This document shows positions 46,427 through 55,886 of a DNA stretch of 64,000 nucleotides, in pieces. A program made the translations under genes and the position numbers. The notes beneath the pieces are model-generated. The model saw only the letters and a list, made by a program, of their open reading frames with translations. It ran no database searches and was not told the origin of the DNA. Source of the stretch: Escherichia coli (GTDB lineage Bacteria > Pseudomonadota > Gammaproteobacteria > Enterobacterales > Enterobacteriaceae); the NCBI RefSeq assembly GCF_048403405.1, contig NZ_CP183129.1; one strand, written 5' to 3'. Each line of letters starts with the position of its first letter. The stretch's first letter is position 1.

Positions 46427-48819
46427 AGCATTGTCTCCAGCTCTTCCCTCAGCGCCTTACTGTCAGTAATGAGCTCAGGAACCCTTTCATTTAATGCCTG
46501 AAGTCGCCCGGTAAGCCGTTCCTGCGCCTGCTGATCGCGTTTATGATCTTCAGAGCTCTGAATCAGCGTGTTACGCAGTTGTTCAACTTTCTCCCTGAAT
46601 GCGCAGAAAAAGGCATCGATTTCCTGGCGGACGGGCTGGTTAATATCCTGCTCAATGGATGCCTGCAGCTCCCCGAAATATGCCCGGGTCAGTGACATAA
46701 CTTCCTCTCTGACCTTGTTGATATTGATCACGCTGCGACTCACATCCTCGTCATAGTTTTCCCAGCCCAGGTCACTGGTGCCAAACCATCGACAAACGGT
46801 TCCCCATACGCCACTCTGCCGACGGCGACGGGTGACGGTCTCCGTTCTTTCCTCCATAAGCGCACTCAGATTTATTTTTACCGCGAGCCGGGTCTGTAAC
46901 TGGCTGACTGCCGGAAAACTGATTTTTACGGTAAAGCCCTCATCCTCCAGGCGGGCATTGATGCGACCGGCAATGTTTTCTGTGGCGTACAGGGCCGTGC
47001 CACGAAAACCTGTTTCAATCCCGCTGACGATTTTCTCCAGCTCAGGCCGGAACTGTGCTTCAGCCTCACGGTGCAGGCTGGTCACGGTCGATTCGATTTG
47101 CGTCATCAGTTCAAGGGCTTCCCTGCGATCACTGAATTTTATTTCGGGGCTGTCCGGGGCAAAATCTCGTTTCCTGTAATCCTCCCGGCCCTGGTTGTTG
47201 ATACCGGACCATTGAGAAATTTTCCCCCATAATCCGGACTGAGACCTTCGTTGTTCTGCGTCTTCTTCCTCCAGCATTTGCTGTTCTTTGCGTTTACCGC
47301 TTCTGAAATAGTCATTCAGCTCCTCTTCCAGTGAGGTGCAGACCCCCGTCAGTAATTCCCGGGTTTTAGTATCGATCTCCTCCATGGCCATTCTGACATC
47401 AGTGGTCATCTGCTCCTGACAGTCCGCGATTTCCCGGATATCCGCAAGCAGGCTGGTGATATGCGACTGCAGTGACTGAATGCTTTGCTGTAGCCCCTGA
47501 TGGCGTAACAACAGGTATTCACTGATATTTTCTGCATTCTGCATCAGTTTTGCGGCGGCAGAGTCAACCGCCAGTGCCGCAGCTCTGGAATGTGAGCTCT
47601 GTATGACTTCCGTTATCAGTTGATCGATAAGTGAGCCTTCCCACAGGTCTGTCGCCCCTTCAGTTGCCAGTTCACTGTCTTTACAGACGTATTCTTTTTT
47701 CATGCAACCGAAGGCACCTCTGATAAAATCATCGACCCAGGCTTCATCAACAGGAAGGGTTCCGTTTTTCCGTAACTCATGAAGCGCACGGTTAGCCAGG
47801 TATGCCTGGCGTGAGGATCCGGGATAAACGCGGGAGGCGGGCAGCACATCGCTGTTCAGCATTGCCGGAACTTTCTGGCGTACGGCATCTGCCCCATCGC
47901 CATTGCGGTCTTTCTCATCAAATTTATTGACCAGTACAAACAGGCGGCCGGCTGATACGTCAGCAATGGCATTAAGCTCTTTACGGACGTCTTCATCCGC
48001 TTTTGAGTTCATCTGGGTGTAATCCATCACAGCCAGAACCGCAGAGGCTTTCTGCAGTTGATCCCGCATCATCACTTCCATCTGCGGTTGTCCGGCCTCA
48101 TTAGGGCCGGGGGTATCCAGCAGTGTGAGTGTTCCCTGGCATGCATCCATCCCCACCAGATGGCTGAATTCCACGTCGATCACCGGCAGTTTCTGCACTT
48201 CTGCGTATTCATCAAAAGGAAATTCAGTCCCCATTGCCGCAGCAAGACGAACCAGATCGTTTAACGATGCCAGTCCGGTAAAGATTTCCTCCTCCCCGTG
48301 GTATTCATTTTTGAGCCAGCCATCATCCGTCAGAATATCCAGCAGTTCGCGGGTATCCCCGGTTTGCTGCAGGGTCTGTGCGACCTGCTGTCCTGCCGGG
48401 GTGGCGAGTTTTTCCTGCAGTGTGATTAATAAATTGCGGACAGGCTGAATATGTTCCAGATGGAGAACCGGCTCAGTTTTTCCGGGAACGTGGCGGATGA
48501 GCGTCGGTACAGAGGTCATGGGGCGGTTACGGTTAGGCAGAATTTCCTGCCCCACAATGGCGTTGATGGTGGTTGATTTGCCTGCTTTCATCGTGCCGAC
48601 AACAGCCAGCACCATCTCCCTGCGGGCGGTTTTGATTTGTTCGCCCTCCAGCTCCTCAATTCTTTTCAGTGCTTTCTGTTTATCAAAAAGCAGTCTGTTT
48701 TCGTTCTTACTGTCAGATAACACATCTGGCTCCTCAACCATTTGCCGGAGCAGATTAATGTTCAGTTGCAAAAGTCGGTCGGCTTCATCACAAAGCAGGG
48801 CGATGTTCTTTTCGTGCAT
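46423..48819 (-). CDS. Dynamin-like large GTPase (bacterial DLP)
   Basis: 798 aa; P-loop GTMKAGKST, DTPG, NKFD in the first 300 aa, then about 500 aa helical/coiled-coil-like region; RBS GGAAGG upstream of ATG. Confidence 0.75.
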   Translation of the reverse strand: MHEKNIALLCDEADRLLQLNINLLRQMVEEPDVLSDSKNENRLLFDKQKALKRIEELEGEQIKTARREMVLAVVGTMKAGKSTTINAIVGQEILPNRNRPMTSVPTLIRHVPGKTEPVLHLEHIQPVRNLLITLQEKLATPAGQQVAQTLQQTGDTRELLDILTDDGWLKNEYHGEEEIFTGLASLNDLVRLAAAMGTEFPFDEYAEVQKLPVIDVEFSHLVGMDACQGTLTLLDTPGPNEAGQPQMEVMMRDQLQKASAVLAVMDYTQMNSKADEDVRKELNAIADVSAGRLFVLVNKFDEKDRNGDGADAVRQKVPAMLNSDVLPASRVYPGSSRQAYLANRALHELRKNGTLPVDEAWVDDFIRGAFGCMKKEYVCKDSELATEGATDLWEGSLIDQLITEVIQSSHSRAAALAVDSAAAKLMQNAENISEYLLLRHQGLQQSIQSLQSHITSLLADIREIADCQEQMTTDVRMAMEEIDTKTRELLTGVCTSLEEELNDYFRSGKRKEQQMLEEEDAEQRRSQSGLWGKISQWSGINNQGREDYRKRDFAPDSPEIKFSDRREALELMTQIESTVTSLHREAEAQFRPELEKIVSGIETGFRGTALYATENIAGRINARLEDEGFTVKISFPAVSQLQTRLAVKINLSALMEERTETVTRRRRQSGVWGTVCRWFGTSDLGWENYDEDVSRSVININKVREEVMSLTRAYFGELQASIEQDINQPVRQEIDAFFCAFREKVEQLRNTLIQSSEDHKRDQQAQERLTGRLQALNERVPELITDSKALREELETML

Positions 48820-48880
48820 TATTTAACCTTCCTAAGACGCATTTTCATGACAACCACGGAGGAGGTCATTTACTACAAAC

Positions 48881-48949
48881 GATCGTTTATAACGATCGAT
48901 ATGATAGTAACGATCGATGTATTCTATTAACTTGAGAAACACAACGCAA
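48881..48949 (-). promoter_or_regulatory. Sigma70-like promoter (TTGCGT-N17-TAGAAT) followed by three GATC sites in AACGATCG repeats; candidate Dam/OxyR phase-variation switch
   Basis: Minus strand: TTGCGT, 17-nt spacer, TAGAAT, then CGATCG x3 within about 35 bp, about 60 bp upstream of the GTPase ATG. Confidence 0.5.
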
Positions 48950-49036
48950 GGGGACAACCCGGGTATGGCTGCGTTTGCATAGTGTTTTCATGGAGTTAAA
49001 AATCTGTAACAACAGCCTGGTACATCACCACCGGGT

Positions 49037-49909
49037 TCAGAAGAAAATCCAGTTCCATACCGCGCGGGCAACAGAGACCACCGAGTCACGGACGGCACGC
49101 AGAACCGTGCGTGCAACAGAGGCAATACAGGCGCTCTCCGCCGTGTCAAATATCCGGTCCACCGCACCGGTAAACTGTTCACGGGCCTGAGCGCGGACAG
49201 ATTCCGTGCGCAGCTCGTCCTGCAGGCGGGTCATCAGGGGACTGGCGGCATGGTCGGGAAGTGCTGTCATGAGCGCACTGACCAGCGTATCCAGTTCCCA
49301 GCCGGTGCGGGCCGATACGGCAACAACCCGATGTACGGGCCGGAACAGACGGAATACCGCCTCCGTTTTTTCGCGAATGTTCTGTGCCTGTGCGGGAGAA
49401 GGCTGAATACCGGCCATATCCCATTCATGGCAGGGCTCCGTTTTATCGGCCTGCATCACCACAAACAGTACCCGCTGATGTCCCCGGTGCAGGATGTGTC
49501 GCCAGAAATACTCATCCACAGACAGGGCACGGTCATCGGCTTTAATCAGCCACAGTACCAGGTCCAGTTCGGGCAGAATGTCACGGTACAGGGCTTCATA
49601 CTCTGCATCCCTGTCCCGGCTCTCGCCCACCCCGGGCAGGTCAGTGATAACCATGCTGTGACCATGGCCATTCAGACGGAAGCGCTGCACTTCCCGGGTG
49701 CCGGCGTGAACATCACTGACCGGGGTGATCTCCCCCTGAAACAGCGCATTACAGAGTGAGGATTTACCGGCCCCGCTTTTACCCATAATGCCAGGCACGG
49801 GTTCGTGACTGGTGAGTTTGCGCAGATGTTCCAGGATGTGACGGGAAAGTGAGTAAGGCAGGGAGGAGAGCGGTTTTTCAATTGCCTCAATGGCATCAGA
49901 CGGATTCAT
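49037..49909 (-). CDS. yeeP: YeeP/YfjP/YkfA-family prophage GTPase
   Basis: Start chosen at MNPSD; P-loop GIMGKSGAGKSS, DLPG, MQADK; conserved CP4-type backbone gene. Confidence 0.7.
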   Translation of the reverse strand: MNPSDAIEAIEKPLSSLPYSLSRHILEHLRKLTSHEPVPGIMGKSGAGKSSLCNALFQGEITPVSDVHAGTREVQRFRLNGHGHSMVITDLPGVGESRDRDAEYEALYRDILPELDLVLWLIKADDRALSVDEYFWRHILHRGHQRVLFVVMQADKTEPCHEWDMAGIQPSPAQAQNIREKTEAVFRLFRPVHRVVAVSARTGWELDTLVSALMTALPDHAASPLMTRLQDELRTESVRAQAREQFTGAVDRIFDTAESACIASVARTVLRAVRDSVVSVARAVWNWIFF

Positions 49910-49992
49910 ACATGTATTCCCGGTGAAAAAAGACAAAACCCCGCGCACCGGAAAGGTGGCGGGGGATTCACGGAAATAATATCTGTCTGAAA

Positions 49993-51156
49993 TTATCTGG
50001 AATCGATTTGGCTGTTCTGCCTGGTTGCCACCAAATCATGGTACGCCTGCTCAATCATTTCATTCAGCAGTTTTTTTGGGAGGACACCACGACTTCGGGC
50101 AATACTTTCAAGCTGTTTGTGGATTTTTCCGGACAGTTTCAGAGGGACGGAACCATCAGCACGTTCATCACGCCTTTTTTGTTGCTCCCGGGCACTTTTC
50201 AGCTCATCAAGAAGAATCGCTTTATGCTGAATCCTGGGGGCCTGGAAGGAGACCTGCGTAAACTTCGCTCTGTTCCGTCTGGGATTACTTTCCAGTAAAA
50301 ACTGTACCTGTTGCTCATTCCAGCCCTCCCAGTTATCAAACGTGGCGCAGGCAAACCAGTATTTCTGCTCCGGGGTAAGGGGATTCAGCGGGGTTCCCAC
50401 ACACCGGATCTGCATGGCGTTCCATAACCAGTCACACTGTTCACTGTCCCTGCTGTCCACCCACGAAAAGGGGGAGGGGTAATCATTGTTTATGCTGGCC
50501 CATTCAGAGAATACTGAGTTGATAATCGTCCTCGTAGCCTCTGGTCCGGATTTCAGCAGGTAACTGGAGCAGAACCATATAATTTCACGGTAGATTTTAT
50601 CCGGATGCACGGTGCGCATCGGCTTTTCTCTGGGACCGGCAATCTTCGGTTGCGATGGAAACCCCGTGGCAAACCGCAGATGTTCCGGGGGCATTCCTGA
50701 ACGTTTTTCAGGAATGGGTGTGAGTCCTGCGTTTCTGGTCTTTTCCGCTTGTCCGGTATTGCCTCCGGCCGGAGTGTTGTCGGGAGTATCTTCCGGAGGC
50801 GAGGTGTTTTCATTAGTTGGGGGAACAACAGCAGAACTGTCCATCTCCGGAATGGGTTGAGGGGCATAATCACTGTGGTAGCCAGGGGAAAGCGTTAAGT
50901 CCCGAAGGGTGACATCAGGTTCCGGGCAGTGAGTGCCACCGGGAGTGAACGGGAGTTGTTGCTTTTGGGAGAAAAATGTATTGTGAATGCGGGTATACAG
51001 CTGGAACAGAAAAAAATAAGATGCCCGTGGTTCTTTTTTTAACCACTGTGTATATTCCTCTATGGCACCGAGCTGTTGTTTGTGCCGTTTTACAGTATCG
51101 ATATACGGACAGCTGGTGCAGATATCATCCAGTTCCTTTCCCACAATACACCTCAC
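49993..51156 (-). CDS. Hypothetical prophage protein with Pro-rich linker
   Basis: 387-aa ORF directly upstream of the yeeP-like gene; no confident family assignment; true start uncertain. Confidence 0.45.
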   Translation of the reverse strand: MRCIVGKELDDICTSCPYIDTVKRHKQQLGAIEEYTQWLKKEPRASYFFLFQLYTRIHNTFFSQKQQLPFTPGGTHCPEPDVTLRDLTLSPGYHSDYAPQPIPEMDSSAVVPPTNENTSPPEDTPDNTPAGGNTGQAEKTRNAGLTPIPEKRSGMPPEHLRFATGFPSQPKIAGPREKPMRTVHPDKIYREIIWFCSSYLLKSGPEATRTIINSVFSEWASINNDYPSPFSWVDSRDSEQCDWLWNAMQIRCVGTPLNPLTPEQKYWFACATFDNWEGWNEQQVQFLLESNPRRNRAKFTQVSFQAPRIQHKAILLDELKSAREQQKRRDERADGSVPLKLSGKIHKQLESIARSRGVLPKKLLNEMIEQAYHDLVATRQNSQIDSR

Positions 51157-53071
51157 CTGCTTTTCTCACATTTGCAGATTTTAAAAAAGCAAACAAAAAC
51201 CTCCGTACATGATGTACAGAACAATCTACCAGGTAGTGGCGTCAGAAAACCTCCGGGCCGCCTGCACTTTCCGGAATGCGCCGGTTATGAAAAACCGGAA
51301 ATTCAGTCTCTGTTGTAAGATGTACCCTCTGATACTACGTTTTCTCTGTGTATTTAACTCACTGTATTTATTGTCTTTTTAAGCTTGACTGATATTCTCC
51401 GGTCATAGTGTGCCGGATATACATCCCGTAAACTTCTCATTTTTATATAAAAATACCTGCACTCTCTTCAGCGCATCTGTCTCCTTTAAGTAAAAAATGT
51501 TTTCACGTATTGCTGTAAATTCATTTTAAATCAGTATATTACCTTGATATTGCTGTCTCCTGGTTTGATGCGTAATCGTTCTGCCTTTCTGGATGATTCT
51601 GGTGCTTCCGGGTGCATTCTCCTCTGCACATGCAACAGTTCGTCATCGCCACGCTCCCAAAAAGCATATAAAAACGAATCGAATTTGATATTTTTTTCAA
51701 TCGTTTTTCATAGGAATTTCGTAGGGTATTCTCCGCTATAACCTCCATATTTGCTGTCTTTTTCTTCATAAATCGTATGCAATGTAGCCTGTCTGTCAAG
51801 ACCTCTTCTCTGCTGTTGAGGAGACGATCTCATTTTTGGTCTTTTCCGGGAGAGAGGCTGTCAGATGAGCGAGCCGGATTTACTGTCAGAGGTACACCCC
51901 GTAGCAGACCTGTGCTCCCATTTCCGCGATCCGGAACCAACAACACCCTACGGTTAATACCATTTGAAGCGTCAGGTACTGCAGGAAGTTCCCCCCTGCG
52001 CGGACATCGGTTCCTGCCGACATCTCACAATACGGCCAGACTGTCATGCAGTAACACCCGCATGCGGTCTGCGGTTTTAAGCGCACTCTCCCGTTTTCAG
52101 TGCACCGATAATGCGTCATAGTAAGTCTGGGGGAAGTTACGGAATGCCTGTTAAGTGGTGCCGTGGGTGGAGACAGCTTACTTTTCTACAGCAACTGCAG
52201 TCATTCAGGATGATCAGGAGATATTCTGTCAATGTCACGATCCTGCCATTTTCGTACCCGCTAAGATACTTCCGTTACTGATGCTGTCCGCTTTTCACCA
52301 TTTCATCCTCACTGACAGGCGTTGCGTTTTGGGTCATCACCACAGCTTTACGTTTCTCTTTTAACCGGTAACGCTCTCCTTTGATATTCAGCGTGGTTGA
52401 GTGATGCAGCAGTCAATCCAGGAGCGCTGTTGTCCGGCAACCACCATATCAACTTCTTCCCGGGTGTGGCGGAGAGGTGGTATCCTGGCTGAGTTTCGAA
52501 GCGAACCGTTCTTTTTGACGGGCGCATTTTACGTCCGGGCTGAATGTAGTAACGCGGCATGGAACGTCGGCCCGTATACCATTGCCTTAATCTCCGCAAA
52601 GATAACCTCGTCATTCCGGACATTCTCTGCCAGGCATATGTCGATGTAATCCATAAACGATTTCAGCTTACCCCTTTTGTGGCCAGTCTTTCTGGCTGGC
52701 GGTTCAGGGGATGTTTTCTGGTTATCGTGTACCACAAAGCAGGGATATTGCCCCGATAGTCACATTTCAGATTGATCGCGGTCTGAAGATGTGGCACTGA
52801 GGTAACGTGCTGGTGTCACTGGTATTGCTGAAGTTATGGTTTTTCGGGGTCAGGTGAGCCTGTTGTGTGTATGCTTTTTGTTCAGGTCAGAGGGGGACTG
52901 TGTGGACAGCGGCTTTTGTCTCCGGGCATTCACGCCTGAACGATGAATGCGATTTTCAGCAATATTTGTCTTTGTGACACTCTCTGGTTGAGAAGCTAAT
53001 GCGCGCCCCTGTTTCCACAGAGAATGTACTGCACCCATTTTGTTGGACGATGAAATGGAATAGCCCCTGAT

Positions 53072-53593
53072 ATGTCAAAGCCAAAATACCCTTTTGAAAA
53101 GCGCCTTGAAGTCGTGAATCACTACTTCACTACTGATGATGGTTACAGGATCATCTCGGCACGTTTTGGTGTCCCCCGAACCCAGGTCAGGACATGGGTT
53201 GCCCTCTATGAAAAACATGGAGAAAAAGGTTTAATTCCCAAACCTAAAGGTGTTAGTGCTGATCCAGAGTTGCGTATTAAGGTCGTGAAAGCTGTGATCG
53301 AGCAGCACATGTCCCTTAATCAGGCTGCTGCTCACTTTATGCTTGCTGGTAGTGGTTCTGTAGCCAGGTGGCTGAAGGTTTATGAAGAGCGCGGAGAAGC
53401 TGGTTTACGCGCGCTCAAGATTGGCACCAAAAGAAACATTGCAATATCAGTTGATCCAGAAAAAGCGGCATCAGCATTGGAGCTGTCAAAAGACCGACGT
53501 ATTGAGGATCTTGAAAGGCAAGTTCGATTTCTTGAAACGCGGCTTATGTATCTAAAAAAGCTGAAAGCCTTAGCTCATCCCACGAAAAAGTGA
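53072..53593 (+). CDS. insJ: IS150 OrfA
   Basis: 173 aa; recalled InsJ sequence (MSKPKYPFEKRLEVVNHYFTTDDGYRII). Confidence 0.9.
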   Translation: MSKPKYPFEKRLEVVNHYFTTDDGYRIISARFGVPRTQVRTWVALYEKHGEKGLIPKPKGVSADPELRIKVVKAVIEQHMSLNQAAAHFMLAGSGSVARWLKVYEERGEAGLRALKIGTKRNIAISVDPEKAASALELSKDRRIEDLERQVRFLETRLMYLKKLKALAHPTKK

Positions 53594-54441
53594 AAGTACT
53601 CAACGAGCTAAGGCAGTTTTATCCTCTTGATGAGCTTCTCAGGGCTGCGGAGATACCGCGCAGTACGTTTTATTACCATCTAAAGGCTCTCAGCAAGCCT
53701 GACAAGTATGCGGACGTTAAAAAGCGTATTGGTGAGATTTATCACGAGAATAGAGGCCGATACGGATACCGTAGGGTAACGCTGTCTCTTCATCGAGAAG
53801 GGAAACAGATTAACCATAAAGCTGTTCAGCGCCTGATGGGAACCCTCTCACTTAAAGCAGCGATTAAGGTCAAGCGATACCGCTCTTACAGAGGAGAGGT
53901 AGGGCAAACCGCCCCTAATGTTCTCCAAAGAGATTTCAAGGCTACGCGGCCAAACGAGAAGTGGGTTACCGATGTTACTGAATTTGCAGTCAATGGGCGC
54001 AAGCTGTATTTGTCTCCAGTAATAGATCTCTTCAACAACGAAGTTATTTCTTACAGCCTTTCGGAAAGACCAGTGATGAACATGGTTGAGAATATGCTCG
54101 ATCAGGCATTCAAAAAGCTTAATCCTCACGAGCATCCTGTTCTGCACTCTGACCAGGGATGGCAGTATCGTATGAGAAAATATCAAAATATTCTTAAAGA
54201 ACATGGTATTAAACAAAGCATGTCCAGAAAAGGCAATTGTCTGGATAATGCTGTGGTGGAGTGTTTCTTTGGAACCTTAAAGTCGGAGTGTTTTTATCTT
54301 GATGAGTTCAGTAATATAAGCGAACTGAAGGATGCTGTTACGGAATATATTGAATACTACAACAGCAGAAGAATTAGCCTGAAATTAAAAAGTCTGACTC
54401 CAATTGAATATCGGAATCAGACCTATATGCCTCGTGTTTAA
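53590..54441 (+). CDS. insK: IS150 OrfB transposase (DDE)
   Basis: 283 aa; recalled InsK sequence; overlaps insJ stop. Confidence 0.9.
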   Translation: MKVLNELRQFYPLDELLRAAEIPRSTFYYHLKALSKPDKYADVKKRIGEIYHENRGRYGYRRVTLSLHREGKQINHKAVQRLMGTLSLKAAIKVKRYRSYRGEVGQTAPNVLQRDFKATRPNEKWVTDVTEFAVNGRKLYLSPVIDLFNNEVISYSLSERPVMNMVENMLDQAFKKLNPHEHPVLHSDQGWQYRMRKYQNILKEHGIKQSMSRKGNCLDNAVVECFFGTLKSECFYLDEFSNISELKDAVTEYIEYYNSRRISLKLKSLTPIEYRNQTYMPRV

Positions 54442-54983
54442 CTGTCCAACTTTTTGGGGTCAGTACAGAATGAGGCTTGCCATCAGCCGAAACATCAGTA
54501 TTCCACGCCATACAGACGGCGCCTGACCATGTGCTGATGCAGGTAAAATGTTTCACTACAACTGTTCGGGTTGCTATGCAACGAAACAGCGATTCTCACG
54601 ATCTTTAACTGCAACGTTTTTCCGCCTGAAAGCTGACTGCCTCCTGCTGAGGTGGGAGGCTATGATTCAGTGCGTTTATAGTCTCCGGGGTATGCATGTA
54701 CCGGAGCATACCATTTCTGGTGGATAACAAGCCGGCACATTCAGACTGCAGTGAAGATGGAGGCACCTGGTTGTGAAGAACGTTTCTGCACGTGGCTGCT
54801 TCGCATCATCAATGGTATTCATACCCGCTCAGAAATGACCGGGTGCTGAAGCCCTCCGTTATCGCGCAGTATAATGACGTATATGATCTGTGGACGAGTG
54901 AGCGGCGTGCCTGATGTACGCCGCTATTACTGTATTTTACCACAGGGCTGGTTTTCTGCTGCCAGCCCTGTGGTTCTCAGACA

Positions 54984-55601
54984 TCAACTGTGAGCGGCAT
55001 CAACCGATGTACGGTATGCCATAAGCACGTACTGATCCATCAGATTTGTCAGTGGTTCACTCTGACCCTGACGTGCAATGATCCATTGCTCCAGATCTTT
55101 TTCTGATTTGTGTTTCAGGTTTTTCGTCCAGTCGTCAAGGCTGTTTCCGGTCATTAAGTCAAGCCAGCAGAGCCAGACCAGTTTGAGACGTAACTCCGTG
55201 CCGCCAAACTGACGGAAGAGGCTGATCAGTTTGTTTGCCAGAGAATGTTGCTTCAGGCGCTCACATTCAGACAGCAGGATCCCTTCCAGCATCGGATGAT
55301 GAACCAGCAGGTGTTCGCTGGTGCATAAATTCACCACCAGATCATCATCCAGGGACGGGGAGCTCCGTTTGTCCGGACCATAAATCAGCCGGTGCAGACT
55401 CTGGGGAACGATGGCAATCTCCGGTTTTTCGCCATTGAATGACACCCACCCGGGCGTCAGATTATGGAAATAGTAGATATTCGGATGACACACGCCCCAT
55501 GATACGGCGTGCCGGGTGAAGCCGGTCAGCCATTTCTGGTAGTTTTCATGGAGCAGCTCGTAACGGGTCTGATACTGTTGTTTCATTTTCATATTCCTCA
55601 C
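54984..55601 (-). CDS. Hypothetical prophage protein
   Basis: 205-aa ORF downstream of the alpA-like gene on the same strand; no family assigned. Confidence 0.4.
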   Translation of the reverse strand: MRNMKMKQQYQTRYELLHENYQKWLTGFTRHAVSWGVCHPNIYYFHNLTPGWVSFNGEKPEIAIVPQSLHRLIYGPDKRSSPSLDDDLVVNLCTSEHLLVHHPMLEGILLSECERLKQHSLANKLISLFRQFGGTELRLKLVWLCWLDLMTGNSLDDWTKNLKHKSEKDLEQWIIARQGQSEPLTNLMDQYVLMAYRTSVDAAHS

Positions 55602-55679
55602 GGGGGATAACAGGCAGCAGAGCGCCGCCGGCAGGCCGGAGATTGCGTCTGCTGTGGGCGAAGGGTTAGTGGTTAAAAA

Positions 55680-55886
55680 TTACGGACGGGACTGTGCAAT
55701 ACGCGCCTGCAGCCAGGCTTCCACTTCACTTTTCAGCCAGCGGGAGCTGCGCCCCATTTTGATGGGCGCAGGAAAGCCCCCATCTTTGATGAGTTTGTCA
55801 AACCACTTATCGGTTAGGCCGGTCAGTTGAGTGATAAACGCCATGTCGACCATCTGGTCATCCATCAGCGAAACTGGGGTAGCCAT
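55680..55886 (-). CDS. alpA: AlpA-family prophage transcriptional regulator
   Basis: C-terminal HTH region (FITQLTGLTDKWFDKLIKDGGFPAPIKMGRSSRWLKSEVEAWL) typical of Phage_AlpA; start trimmed to MATPV. Confidence 0.6.
   Translation of the reverse strand: MATPVSLMDDQMVDMAFITQLTGLTDKWFDKLIKDGGFPAPIKMGRSSRWLKSEVEAWLQARIAQSRP

Larger units (their letters stand above)
53025..54467. mobile_element. IS150 (IS3 family), 1443 bp
   Basis: Ends TGTACTGCACCCATTTTGTTGGACG ... GGGGTCAGTACA; insJ/insK inside; 3-bp GAA on both flanks. Confidence 0.9.

Noticed and set aside
48819-49037. Idea that the YeeP-like GTPase plus the dynamin-like protein form a LeoA/LeoBC (Eleos)-type two-GTPase system
   Set aside because: The YeeP-like GTPase is a conserved backbone gene found in islands without dynamins and has Era/HSR1-like rather than dynamin-like motifs; a separate promoter lies between the two genes.
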